From: Heterodontus francisci
Lineage: Eukaryota
Direction of reading: 5' to 3'
DNA: 64,000 bases
Assembly (NCBI RefSeq): GCF_036365525.1
Contig: NW_027140807.1
Span: 1,116,001-1,180,000, forward strand
This document shows, piece after piece, positions 25,170 through 37,089 of the stretch. A program made the translations under genes and the position numbers. The first letter of the stretch is position 1. The number at the start of each line of letters is the position of its first letter. A model generated the notes under the pieces. It did no database searches, was not told the DNA's origin, and saw nothing but the letters and a program-made list of their open reading frames with translations.

Positions 25170-26775
25170 CTTTCAAAAGGCATTTGATACAGTTCCACAC
25201 ATCAGACTTGTGAGCAAACATGTAGCTCTTGGAATGCATAGGACGGTAGCAACATGGATTACGAAATTGGCTGAGTGACAGGAAACAGAGAATAGTGGTT
25301 AATGGATGTTTTTCGGGCTGGAGAAAGGTTTGTAGTGGACTTCCCCAGGGATCAGTGTTGGGACCCTTGCTTTTCCTGATATATATTAATGTCCTAGACC
25401 TCGGTGTACAGGGCACAATTTCAAAATATGCAGATGATACGAAACTTGGAAGCATTGTGAACTGTGAGGAGGATAGTGTAGAACTTCAAAAGGACAAAGA
25501 CAAGTTGGTGGAATGGGCAGACAAGTGACAGATGAGGTTCAATGTGGAGAAATTTGAAGTGATTAATTTTGGTAGCAAGAACATGGAGAGACAATATAGA
25601 ATCGAGGTTACAATTCTAAAGGGAGTGAAGGAGCAGAGAGACCTGTGTGTATCTGTGCATAAGTCATTGAAGATGGCAGGACAGGTTGAGAGAGTGGTTG
25701 ATAAAGCATACACTATCCTGGGCTATATTAATAGGGGCATAGATTACAAGAGCAAGGAAGTTATGTTGAACTCGTATCAGACACCAGTTTGTCCTCAGCT
25801 GGAGTGTTGCCTCCAATTCTGGGTGTTGCACTTGAGAAAAGATGTGAGGGCATTTGAGAGAGTACAGACGAGATTCACAAGAATGGTTCCAGGGTTGAGG
25901 AATTTCAGTTATGAAGATAGATTGGAGAAATTAGGACTGTTTTCCTTGGAGAAGAGAAGGCTGGGAGGTGATTTGAGAGAGCTATTCAAAATCATGAGGG
26001 GCCTGGACAGAGTAGACACTGTTTCCACTCGTGAAAGGATCGAGAGCGAGAGGGCACAGATTTAAAGTATTTGGTAAGAGAAGCAAAAGTGACATGAGGA
26101 AACAAGTTTTCATGCAGTGAGTGGTTAAGCTCTGGAATGCGCTGCCTGAGAACATGGTGGAGGCAGATTCAACTGAAACATTTAAAATAAAATTAGACAG
26201 TTACATGAAATGGAAGAATTTGCAGGGTGACAGGAAGAGGCCGGGTGAGTGGAACTGAGGGAGTTGCTCTTTCAGAGAGCCAGTGGGGAGACGATGGGCC
26301 GAATGGCCTCCTTCGGCATGGTCACAATTCTGTGATTCTTTGATTATTATGAGGAATGTTTGAAGAGGTTGGGCAGATACTCATTGGAGTTTAGAAAAAT
26401 GAGCCACGTAAGATTCTGAGGGGGCTTGACTGTGTAGATGCTGAGTGGATGTTCCTTCTCGTTGGGGAATCTAGAACTAGGCGTAACAATTTCAGAATAA
26501 GGGCCTCTCCCATTTAAGACGGAGATGAGGAGGATATTTTTCTCTCAGAGGATTGTGAGTCTGTGGAACTCCGTTCCCTGGAGAGCAACGGAGGCTGGGT
26601 CATTGAATATATTCAAGCCTGAGTTTGACAGATTTTGATTCTACAAGGGAGTCGGGGTTATAGTGGGCAGAAAGGAAAGTGGAGTTAAAGCTGCAATCAG
26701 ATCAGTCATGAACTTATAGAATGGCTGAGCAGGCTCGAGGGGCCGAATGGCCTACTCCTTGCTCCCATTTCGGAT
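25170..26775 (+). mobile_element. CR1-type LINE (RT core to 3' tail, about 25170-26340) followed by a second CR1 3' fragment
   Basis: SGLPQGSVLGPLLFLIYIN..SKYADDTKL; LFSLEKRRLGGDL; internal stop at the WADK* junction. Confidence 0.92.
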
Positions 26776-26809
26776 AATCTTAATGACTGCCCAATTCAAT
26801 ATCGGGGTA

Positions 26810-28596
26810 ATCTCTGACACTTCCCTTCCCTTCCTCGACTTCTCTGTCTCCATCTCTGGGGATAGGTTGTCTACCAATATCCATTATAAGCCCACTGACT
26901 CCCACAGCTACCTCGACTACACTTCTTCACACCCTACCTCCTGTAAGGACTCCATTCCATTCTCCCAGTTTCTCCGTCTCCGACGCATCTGCTCTGATGA
27001 TGCTACCTTCCATGACGGTGCTTCTGATATGACCTCCTTTTTCCTCAACCGAGGATTTCCCCCCACTGTGGTTGACAGGGCCCTCAACCGTGTCCGACCC
27101 ATTCCCCGCACATCTACCCTCACCCCTTCCCCTCCCTCCCAGAACCGTGACAGGGTTCCCCTTGTCCTCACTTTTCATCCCACCAGCCTCCATATCCAAA
27201 GGATCATCCTCCGCCATTTTCGCCACCTCCAGCGTGATGCCACTACCAGTCGCATCTTCCCCTCCCTTCCCCTGTCAGCATTCCGAAGGGATCGTTCCCT
27301 CCGCGACACCCTGGTCCACTCCTCCATTACCCCCACCACCTCGTCCCCGTCCCAGGGCACCTTCCCTTGCAATCGCAGGAGGTGTAATACCTGCCCATTT
27401 ACCTCCTCTCTCCTCACTATCCCAGGCCCCAAGCACTCCTTTCAGGTGAAGCAGCGATTTACTTGTACTTCTTTCAATGTAGTATACTTTATTCGCTGCT
27501 CACAGTGTGGTCTCCTCTACATTGGGGAGACCAGGCGCAGACTGGGTGACCGCTTTGCGGAACATCTCCGCTCAGTCCGCAAGCAGGACCCTGAGCTTCC
27601 GGTTGCTTGCCATTTCAACACTCCCCTCTGCTCTCATGCTCACATCTCTGTCCTGGGATTGCTGCAGTGTTCCAGTGAACATCAACGCAAGCTCGAGGAA
27701 CAGCATCTCATCTACCGATTAGGCACACTACAGCCTGCCGGACTGAACATTGAGTTCAATAATTTCAGAGCATGACAGCCCCCCACTTTACTTTCATTTT
27801 TCGTCATTTTTAGTTATTTTTTCTTCCTTTTTTTTGCATTCCTTTTTACATTTTTTGCATTTATTTCATTTCATCTTAGTTTGTTCAGTTTGCTTACCCA
27901 CTGTTTTTTTCAGGTTGTTTTTCTTCAGGTTTGCACTTGCTGATGTTCTATATTCAGTATATTCACACCTCATCTGGACTAATGCTTTGTCTTTCAAAAC
28001 ACCATTAACATATTGTTTGCCTTTGCTCTGTGACCTTTTGGTCAGCTATGTGGCCTGGTCCAATCTGCACCTTCTCCTTTGTTATCTCTTGCCCAACCCC
28101 CACCTCACTTGTTTATAATCTGTGACTTTTCTAATATTTGTCAGTTCCGAAGAAGGGTCACTGACCCGAAACGTTAACTCTGCTTCTCTTTCTACAGATG
28201 CTGCCAGACCTGCTGAGTGAATCCACAGGGCGGCACAGTGGCGCAGTGGTTAGCACCGCAGCCTCACAGCTCCAGGGACCCGGGTTCGATTCCGGGTACT
28301 ACCTGTGTGGAGTTTGCAAGTTCTCCCTGTGTCTGCGTGGGTTTTCTCCGGGTGCTCCGGTTTCCTCCCACAAGCCAAAAGACTTGCAGGTTGATAGGTA
28401 AATTGGCCATTATAAATTGTCACTAGTATAGGTAGGTGGTAGGGAAATATAGGGACAGGTGGGGATGTTTGGTAGGAATGTAGGATTAGTATAAATGGGT
28501 GGTTGATGTTCGGCACAGACTCGGTGGGCCGAAGGGCCTGTTTCAGTGCTGTATCTCTAATCTAATCTAATCTAATCCAGCATTTCTTGTTTTTGT
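26810..28596 (+). mobile_element. 5'-truncated Penelope-like element (RT thumb + GIY-YIG endonuclease) with 15-bp target-site duplication
   Basis: LPFLDFSV..HYKPTDSHSYLDYTSSHP..; CNRRRCNTC; NVVYFIRCSQCGLLYIGETRRRLGDRFAEH..GLN, open to 27775. TTCAATATCGGGGTA at 26795-26809 and 28597-28611. Confidence 0.93.
28229..28575 (+). mobile_element. tRNA-derived V-SINE (HE1-like) inserted in the Penelope 3' tail
   Basis: A box TGGCGCAGTGG, B box GGTTCGATTCC, V-domain-like core GTGTGGAGTTTGCA..CTCCGGTTTCCTCCCAC, (TCTAA)n tail; AATCCA on both sides. Confidence 0.88.
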
Positions 28597-29077
28597 TTCA
28601 ATATCGGGGTAGTTAAAGTCTCAAATCATCACATAATTTTTTTCACCCCTCAGTTATTTCTTTACAGCTCTGCTCCTCTATGTCCTTCCTGCTCAATGGC
28701 AGCTGATAAAATACCTGCAAAGTAAAAATGTTTTTCAGAAGATGCTCACAGTCGGAGAACAGTGGACTGTTCATATCAGAGGCACAGATAAGATCTCCCA
28801 CAGGCCACAGGTACACATTCAGCAACATATGCAAACAACAATGAGCAAAGCCAGAGAGCTGGGAGAAGGCTTTTGTCGGCAGGACACACGACACTGTGAG
28901 GCCCCTGAGCAGATATCAATGTCCCTGCTGCTGTGCCCCTGACATTGGGACTGCAATGGATTTGCATTTACAGTCAAGCATTGCCCAGGTTACATTGCAG
29001 AAAGATGAATGAATTCTGCCCACTTGAGGGAGTTATTGAGAGATCCCTCACCCACAACCAACACATTGCACCAATGG

Positions 29078-29250
29078 GAAAATACTGCAGATGCTGGAAC
29101 TCTGAAACACAAACAGAATATTCAGTAGGTCTGGCAGCATCTGTGGAGAGAGAAACAGAGTTAACGTTTCAGCTTGGTCAGCCTTCTTCAGAACGGCAAT
29201 GGTGAGAGATGGAACAGGTCTTAATAAAGTACAGAGGCAGGGAAAGGGAC
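29078..29250 (-). mobile_element. Penelope 3'-tail fragment
   Basis: Reverse complement resembles 28140-28220 (ctgaagaa...gaaacgttaactctg..cagatgctgccagacct). Confidence 0.7.
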
Positions 29251-29259
29251 AAAACAGCA

Positions 29260-31840
29260 ATTTATAATACTCTCGCACCTTTAATGTAATAAAACTTGCC
29301 AAGGCTCTTCACAGGAGCATTATAAACACAATATGAAACTGAGTGACGTAAGGAAAGATTCGGTCAGACAATCAAAAGCTCAGTCAAAGAGGTAAGTTTT
29401 AAGGAGAATTTTAAATTGAAAAGTGAGGTGGAGAGGCGGAGAGGTGTAGCGAAGCAATTCCAGAGCTTAGGCCGCAGGCAACTGAAGGTGTGGCCACCAT
29501 TGGTTGAACAATTAAGGTCGGGGATGCTTAAAGGGCCAGAATTAGAGGAGTGCAGAGATTTCGGAAGGTTGTAGAGGCTGGAGGACGTTACAGCGATAGG
29601 GAGGGCTGTAGGTGCTGGTGGAGGTTACAGAGAGAGGGAGGGATGTAGGAGCTGGTGGAGTTTGAAGAGATAGGGAGTGCTGTTGGAGCTGGTGGATATT
29701 ACAGAGATAGGGAGGGTTGTTGGAGCTGGTGGAGCTTACAGAGATAGGGAGGGTTGTAGAGACTGGTGGAGGTTACAGAGATAGGGAGAGTTGTAGAGAC
29801 TGGTGGAGGTTACAAAGATAGGGAGGGCTGTAGGAGCTGGAGGAGGTTACTGCGATTGGGAGGGTTGTAGAGACTGGTGGAAGTTACAGAGACAGGGAGG
29901 ATTGTTGGAGCTGGTGGAGGTTACAGAGATAGGGAGAGTTGTAGAGACTGGTGGAGATTACAGAGATAGGGAGGGTTGTAGGAGCTGGAGGAGGTTAACG
30001 CGATAGGGAGGGATGTAGAGACTGGTGGAGGTTACAGAGATAGGGAGAGCTGTACGAGCTGGTGCATGTTACAGAGATAGGGAGGGTTGTTGGAGCTGGT
30101 GGAGGTTACAGAGATAGGGAGGGTTGTAGAGACTGGTGGAGATTACAGAGATAGGGAGGATTGTTGGAGCTGGTGGAGGTTACAGAGATAGGGAGGGCTG
30201 TAGGAGCTGGAGGAGGTTAACGCGATTGGGAGGGTTGCAGAGACTGGTGGAGGTTACAGAGATAGGGAGGATTGTTGGAGCTGGTGGAGGTTACAGAGAT
30301 AGGGAGAGTTGTAGAGACTGGTGGAGATTACAGAGATAGGGAGGGTTGTAGGAGCTGGAGGAGGTTAACGCGATAGGGAGGGATGTAGAGACTGGTGGAG
30401 GTTACAGAGATAGGGAGAGCTGTACGAGCTGGTGCATGTTACAGAGATAGGGAGGGTTGTTGGAGCTGGTGGAGGTTACAGAGATAGGGAGGGTTGTAGA
30501 GACTGGTGGAGATTACAGAGATAGGGAGGATTGTTGGAGCTGGTGGAGGTTACAGAGATAGGGAGGGCTGTAGGAGCTGGAGGAGGTTAACGCGATTGGG
30601 AGGGTTGCAGAGACTGGTGGAGGTTACAGAGATAGGGAGGATTGTTGGAGCTGGTGGAGGTTACAGAGATAGGGAGAGTTGTAGAGACTGGTGGAGATTA
30701 CAGAGATAGGGAGGGTTCTAGTAGCTGGAGGAGGTTAACGCGATAGGGAGGGTTGTAGAGACTGGTGGAGGTTACAGAGATTGGGAGAGCTGTACGAGCT
30801 GGTGGATGTTACAGAGATAGGGAGGGTTGTTGGAGCTGGAGGAGGTTAACGCGATAGGGAGTGTTGTAGAGACTGGTGGAGGTTACAGAGATAGGGAGAG
30901 CTGTACGAGCTGGTGGAGGTTACAGAGATAGGGAGGGTTGTAGAGACTGGTGGAGGTTACAGAGATAGGGAGAGTTGTAGAGACTGGTGGTGATTACAGA
31001 GATAAGGAGGATTGTTGGAGCTGGTGGAGGTTACAGAGATAGGGCGGGCTGTCGGAGCTGGAGGAGGTTAACGCGATTGGAAGGGTTGTAGAGACTGGTG
31101 GAGTCTACAGAGATAGGGAGGATTGTTGGAGCTGGTGGAGGTTACAGAGATAGGGAGGGCTGTAGGAGATGAGGAGGTTAACGTGATAGGGAGGGTTGTA
31201 GAGACTGGTGGAGGTTACAGAGATAGGGAGGGCTGTAGGAGCTGGTGGATGTTACATAGATAGGGAGGGCTGTAGGAGCTGAGGAGGTTAACGCAATAGG
31301 GAGGGTTGTAGAGACTGGTGCAGGTTACAGAGATAGGGAGGGCTGTAGAAGGTTAACGCGATAGGGAGGGGAAGGGCCATGGGGGATTTGAGGACAAGGA
31401 CGAGAAACTTAAAATGTGGATGTTGCTTGACTGGGAGGCAATGTAGGGCAGTGAGAGCAGGAGTGACAGGGGATCAGGACTTGGAGCAACTTAAGACACA
31501 GGCAGAAGAGTTTTAGATGACCTCAGGTTTACAGAAATTGGGTGAGCATCAGGACTGCCTTGACATTGTCAAGTCTAGAGCTGACAATGTCTTGAATGAG
31601 GGTTTCAGCCACATTTCAGCTGAAATTGGGGCGCGTTCGGGTGATCTTACAGAGGCGGAAATGTGCAGCGTTAGTGATGGTGCCGACATGAGGTCAGAAG
31701 CGCATCTCGGCGTCAAATGTGGCACCAGGATTTCGAACAGACTGGCTTCAACTCAGACCACTGCCGGGGAGAGAGGTAGAGTCAGTAGTTAAGGAATGGA
31801 GTTTGGAGCGGAAACTGAAAACAGTAGCTTCAGTTATGAG
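29260..31840 (-). mobile_element. L2-type LINE 3' region split by an internal tandem array
   Basis: Flanks 29260-29570 and 31370-31840 read as continuous L2-like sequence, related to 48700-49100 and to the reverse complement of 24100-24600. Confidence 0.7.
29570..31370 (+). repeat. 37-bp minisatellite (GAGACTGGTGGAGGTTACAGAGATAGGGAGGGTTGTA) with a 370-bp higher-order repeat
   Basis: Visible unit; identical ORFs at 30136 and 30506 are offset by 370 = 10 x 37. Confidence 0.93.
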
Positions 31841-33445
31841 GGCAGTACTGAGGGAGTGCTGCACTGTCGTCGGGTCAGTACTGAGAGAGTGCTGTACTGT
31901 CAGAGGGTCAATACTGAGGGAGTGCTGCACTGTCAGAGGGTCTGTACTGAGGGAGTGCTGCACTGTTGGAAGGTCAGTACTGAGGGAGCGCTTCACTCAC
32001 AGAGGGTCAGTACTGAGGGAGTGCTGCACTGTTAGAGGGTCTGGACTGAGGGTGTGCGGCACTGTCGGAGGGTCAGTACTGAGTGAGTGCTGCACTGTGA
32101 CAGGGCCAGTACTGAGGGAGTGCTGCACTGACAGAGGGTCAGTACTGAGTGAGTGCTGCACTGTCAGAGGGGAAAACTGAGGGAGTGCTGCACTGTCGGA
32201 GGGTCAGTACGGAGGGAGTGTTGCACTGTCCGAGGGTCAGTACTGAGTGAGTGCTGCACTGTCAGAGGGGCTAACTGAGGGAGTGCAGCACTGTGCGAGG
32301 GTCAGAACTGAGGGAGTGCTGCACTGTCAGAGGGACAAACTGAGGGAGTGCTGCACTGTTAGAGGGTCAGTACTGAGTGAGTGCTGTACTGTCAGAGGGT
32401 CAGTACTGAGGGAGTGCTGCACTGTCAGTGGATCAGTCCTGATGGAGTGCTGCACTGTGAGAGGAGCAGTACTGAGTGAGTGCTGCACTGTCAAGGGTCA
32501 GTACTGAGTGAGTGCTGTACTGTCAGAGGGTCAGTACTGAGGGAGTGCTGCACTGTCAGAGGGTCAGTACTGAGGGAGTGCTGCACTGTTATTGGGGCAG
32601 TACTGATTGAGTGCTGCACTGTCAGAGGGTCAGTACTGAGGGAGTGCTGCCCTGTCAGAGGAGCAGTACTGAGTTAGTGCTGCACTGTCAGAGGGTCAGT
32701 ACTGAGTGAGTGCTGTACTGTCAGAGGGTCAGTACTGAGGGAGTGCTGCACTGTGAGAGGAGCAGTACTGAGTGAGTGCTGCACTGTCAAGGGTCAGTAC
32801 TGAGGGAGTGCTGCCCTGTCAGAGGAGCAGTACTGAGTGAGTGCTGCACTGTCAGAGGGTCAGTACTGAGGGAGTGCTGCACTGTGAGAGGGTCAGTACT
32901 GAGTGAGTGCTGCACTGTCAAGGGTCAGTACTGAGTGAGTGCTGCACTGTTATTGGGTCAGTACTGAGTGAGTGCTGCACTGTCAAGGGTCAGTACTGAG
33001 TGAGTGCTGCACTGTCAAGGGTCAGTAGTGAGTGAGTGCTGCACTGTTATTGGGTCAGTACTGAGTGAGTGCTGCACTGTCAAGGGTCAGTACTGAGGGA
33101 GTGCTGCACTGTCAGAGGGTCAGTACTGAGGGAGTGCTGCACTGTCAGAGGATCAGTACTGAGGGAGTGCTGCACTGTTATTGGGGCAGTACTGAGTGAG
33201 TGCTGCACAGTCAGAGGGTCAGTACTGAGGGAGTGCTGCCCTGTTAGAGGAGCAGTACTGAGTGAGTGCTGCACTGTCAGAGGGGCAGTACTGAGTGAGT
33301 GCTGCACTGTCAGAGCGGCAGTACTGAGGGAGTGCTGCCCTGTCAGAGGAGCAGTACTGAGGGAGTGCTGCACTGTCAGAGGGGCAGTACTGAGTGAGTG
33401 CTGCACTGTCAGAGCGGCAGTACTGAGTGAGTGTTGCACTGTCAG
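31840..33445 (+). repeat. 33-bp minisatellite (AGTACTGAGGGAGTGCTGCACTGTCAGAGGGTC)
   Basis: Visible unit; gives the (RECCTVRGSVL)n ORFs. Confidence 0.95.
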
Positions 33446-34125
33446 GAGCCCTCTTTCAGATGTGACGTTAAACAGAGACTCCATCCTGCACAGTGGCGCA
33501 GTGGTTAGCACCGCAGCCTCACAGCTCCAGGGACCCGGGTTCGATTCCGGGTACTGCCTGTGTGGAGTTTGCAAGTTCTCCCTGTGTCTGCGTGGGTTTT
33601 CTCCGGGTGCTCCGGTTTCCTCCCACAAGCCAAAAGACTTGCAGGTTGATAGGTAAATTGGCCATTATAAATTGTCACTAGTATAGGTAGGTGGTAGGGA
33701 AATATAGGGACAGGTGGGGATGTTTGTTGGGAATATGGGAATAGTGCAGGATGAGGATAAAATGGGCGGTTGATGTTCGGCACAGACTCGGTGGGCCGAA
33801 GGGCCTGTTTCAGTGCTGTATATCTAATATAAATAATATAAAAAAATCCTCTTACTCCCGTGGATATAAACAGTCCCATTGGACTATTTTGGATAACAGC
33901 AGGGGAGTTCTCCTTGGTGTCCTGGCCAATAATTATCCCTCAATTAACGTCACTAATACAGATTACCTGGTCATTATCACATTGCTGTTTGTGGGAGCTT
34001 GCTGTGGACAAATCAGCTGCCATGATTCTTACATTACAACAGTGACTGCACTGCAGCAAAACAAGCATTTCATTGGCTGTGACGCACTTTGGCAGGTGGT
34101 CGTGAGGGACGATATAAAATAGCCT
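33420..34125 (+). mobile_element. Deu-domain SINE (SacSINE1/AmnSINE-like), interrupted by a V-SINE
   Basis: tctttcagatgtgacgttaaac..., then cagcaggggagttctcc..gtgtcctggccaata..ggtcattatcacattgctgtttgtgggagcttgctg; matched to the Deu-domain core from memory. Confidence 0.7.
33489..33846 (+). mobile_element. tRNA-derived V-SINE (HE1-like)
   Basis: Near-identical to 28229-28575; A-rich tail. Confidence 0.88.
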
Positions 34126-34989
34126 GTCAATAACTCCCTCTTTCTATTTGATATTGAAAGTCCAAGTGAATCGCTGTTTCACCTGGAAGGAGAGTTTGGG
34201 GTCCTGGACGGTTGCTGACATATTGAAGCAATTTATCATGAGAATGATCTGTCTGGGACACTCAGTGTCCATTTATGATCTAATATACACAGCCTATTGC
34301 TCAATACTGACACATTACTGATATGGGAGGTATTTATCCTGTGAATATTTTATGTCAGATACTCAGTGTCCATTAATCTGAGAGGATACAGAGCACATTG
34401 CCCCAATATGATCCAGTACTGATGTCGTGCTAGTCAGATGAGGCTCACAGACTGAGGACAATGGACTGTTTAGATCAGAGGCACAGATAGGATCTCCCGA
34501 AAAGGCACCGGTACATATTCAGGTACATAGGCAAACAAGAGTGAAGACAGCCAGAGAGAGAGAGAGAGAGAGAGGGAGAGAGCTGTGAGAGTCGCTGTGT
34601 TACCAGGAAACGTGACATTGTGAAGTCTCTGCCCAGCTATCAATGGACCAGAGACTGACTGCTGGTCACACCCTAACATTGGGACAGTGATGGGACTGCG
34701 ATGGGCTCTGTATTTAAATTTCAAGTCAAACATTGCCAAGGGTGTATTTCTCGAAGCATTAATCTGTATATCTGAGGGAGTTATTGATAGGCTATTGTCA
34801 AATACTGACCCATTACTGATATGGCTGGGATTAATATCAGAACCATAGCTAGGGGCTGATGGATTCAAACATGGAATTCTGGGAAAGATGGGCACAGCTT
34901 GTTCCAGGATTTCGGAGAGGAAAGGGAGGTTGGAGATGGGATAGTATTTTGTAAGGACAGAAGAGTCAAGGGTTGCTTCTTTTGAAGGA

Positions 34990-36900
34990 GTCATCGAGTC
35001 ATTTACGGCACTGAAGAAGGCCATTCGGACCATCGGGTCCATGCTGGCTCTTCACGGTGCTGTGCAGTCAGTCCACTCCCCTGGCTCGATCCCTGTAGCC
35101 CTGCAAGTCTATTTCTCTCAGGTGGCTATCCGACTATCTCTTGAAGTCATTGATCATCTCCGCTTCCACCATCCTGTGGGCAGTGAGTTCCAGGTCATTA
35201 ACACCCTCAGTGCAAAGAAAGTTCTTCCTCATATTTCCCTGCATCTCTTACCCAAACCTTCAACCTCCTGATTGTACCATTAGTTAATGGGAACCGTTTT
35301 TCCTTGTCTGAGTTATCTGTACCCGCTGCCTTTATTTATGAAGCCCAAGATCCCACATGCTTTCCTAACCAAGCTCTCACTATGTCCTGCCACCTTCAAA
35401 GATGTGTGCACATACACCCCTAGGTCCCTCTGTCCCTGCACACTCTTTACAACTGTGCCATTAAGTATATATTGTCATAATCTTGCACATTTCTGTTAAA
35501 CCTCCTTTGTTCGAAGGAGGACAACCCCAGCTTTTTCAACCTAACCTTGCAAATAAAATCCCCCATCACTGGAACCATTCTGGTAAACCTTCTCTGCACA
35601 CTCTCAAGGAGCCTCACATCTTTCCTGAAGTGTGGTGACCAGAACTGGACACAACTCTCCATTTGGGGCCTAACCAGAGCTTTATAAAGGTTCAGCATAG
35701 CTTCACTGCTTCTGCACCCGATGCCTTTATTTATGAAGCCCAAGATCCCACATGCTTTCCTAACCACTCTCTCACTATGTCCTGCCACCTTCAAAGATGT
35801 GTACACATACACCCCCAGGTCTATCTGTCCCTGCACACTCTTCACAACTTTGTCATTAAGTATATATTGTCTCTCCCTATTCCTTCTGCTAAAATGCATC
35901 ACCTCACACTTGTCAGAATGAAATTCCATTGGTCACCTTTCTGCCCATTCTGCTCGTCTATCCAGGCAGTTCAGATCATCCTCACTGTTTGCTGCACCTC
36001 CAGGTTTGGTGTGGAGAGCAAATTTTGAGATTCTGCTCTGTATTTCAAAATCCAAGTCATTTATATATAGCAGAAAAAGCAGTGGTCCCAGCACTGACCC
36101 ATGGGGGAACACCAGTGACTACCATCCCTCAGTCAAAAAAGCAACCATTTACTACGATTCGCTGTTTCCTGTCCTGACGGCACTTTTTCACCCAAATGAA
36201 CACTGACCCTCTCATCCATGAGCCTCAGTTGTGTTAACCAGCATTTTATGGGGTACCTTGTCAAACGCTTTCTTAAAATCCACATAAACAACATCCACCA
36301 CATTCACTCCATCGACCTTCTCTGTTGCTTCATCAAAGAATTCAATTAGATTAGTCAATAATGTTCAGCCTTTTGAAAATCCATGCTGGCTACCCTTAAT
36401 TAAACTCGAACCTCTCCAACCGTCTATTGATTTTTCTCTGATTATTGTTTCTAGAACCTTACCCATCAGTGATGTTAAACTAAGTGGCCTGTAGTTGCTC
36501 GGACTGTCTTTACACCCTTTCTTGAATATGGATTTGCCACTCTGTCGTCCTCTGGCACCTCCCCCATAACCAGGGAAGATTTGAAGATGACGGCAAGCCC
36601 TTCTTCTATCTCTACCCCCCACTTCCTTTCACAACCTGTGATGCAAGTTATCTGAACCAGGTGACTTATCCACCCAAAGCATAGCCAGCCTTTTTAGTAC
36701 CAGCTCTCAATTGTTATCCTATCCATTGCCTCTACTCTCTCTGCTTCTGCAGATAATTTTCAGCCTCCAGTTCCTTCGGGAACACTGATACAAAGTTCTC
36801 ATTAAGTATATTAGCTTTGCCCTGTGCCTCAAAGCACATATTACTCTCTCCGTCCTTACTTGACCCCTCTTTACCTCTTACTACTCACTTACTATTTACG
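34990..36900 (-). mobile_element. Rearranged CR1-type LINE
   Basis: KKGCKDSPSNYRPLSLTSLMGKVLE..QHGF; LYKALVRPQMESCVQFWSPHFRKD; internal duplication (about 35325 vs 35720). Confidence 0.88.
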
Positions 36901-37089
36901 AGCTGGTAGAAGATCTTTGAGCCCCTTTTATGAATCTCCCTCTCCCCTTTCCACATTGAGGCTGAAATGGGCTTTGTTTGCAACGATTACATCATCCAGG
37001 TCTGATCAGATACTCGGAGCTTTTGTGAACAAATTCCCATCAACCTCAACAAGTTGTGCTATTTCCCCATTTGTCAGTGTTTTACCCCC

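Noticed and set aside
26747-27775. 342-aa ORF as a host gene
   Set aside because: 5'-truncated Penelope ORF; its ATG comes from adjacent CR1 sequence outside the TSD.
28229-28305. tRNA gene
   Set aside because: tRNA-like head of a SINE present three times; no proper acceptor stem or terminator.
31719-33656. Cys-rich (RECCTVRGSVL)n ORFs resembling keratin-associated or metallothionein-like proteins
   Set aside because: 33-bp SINE-derived tandem repeat with frameshifting units, running into a SINE.
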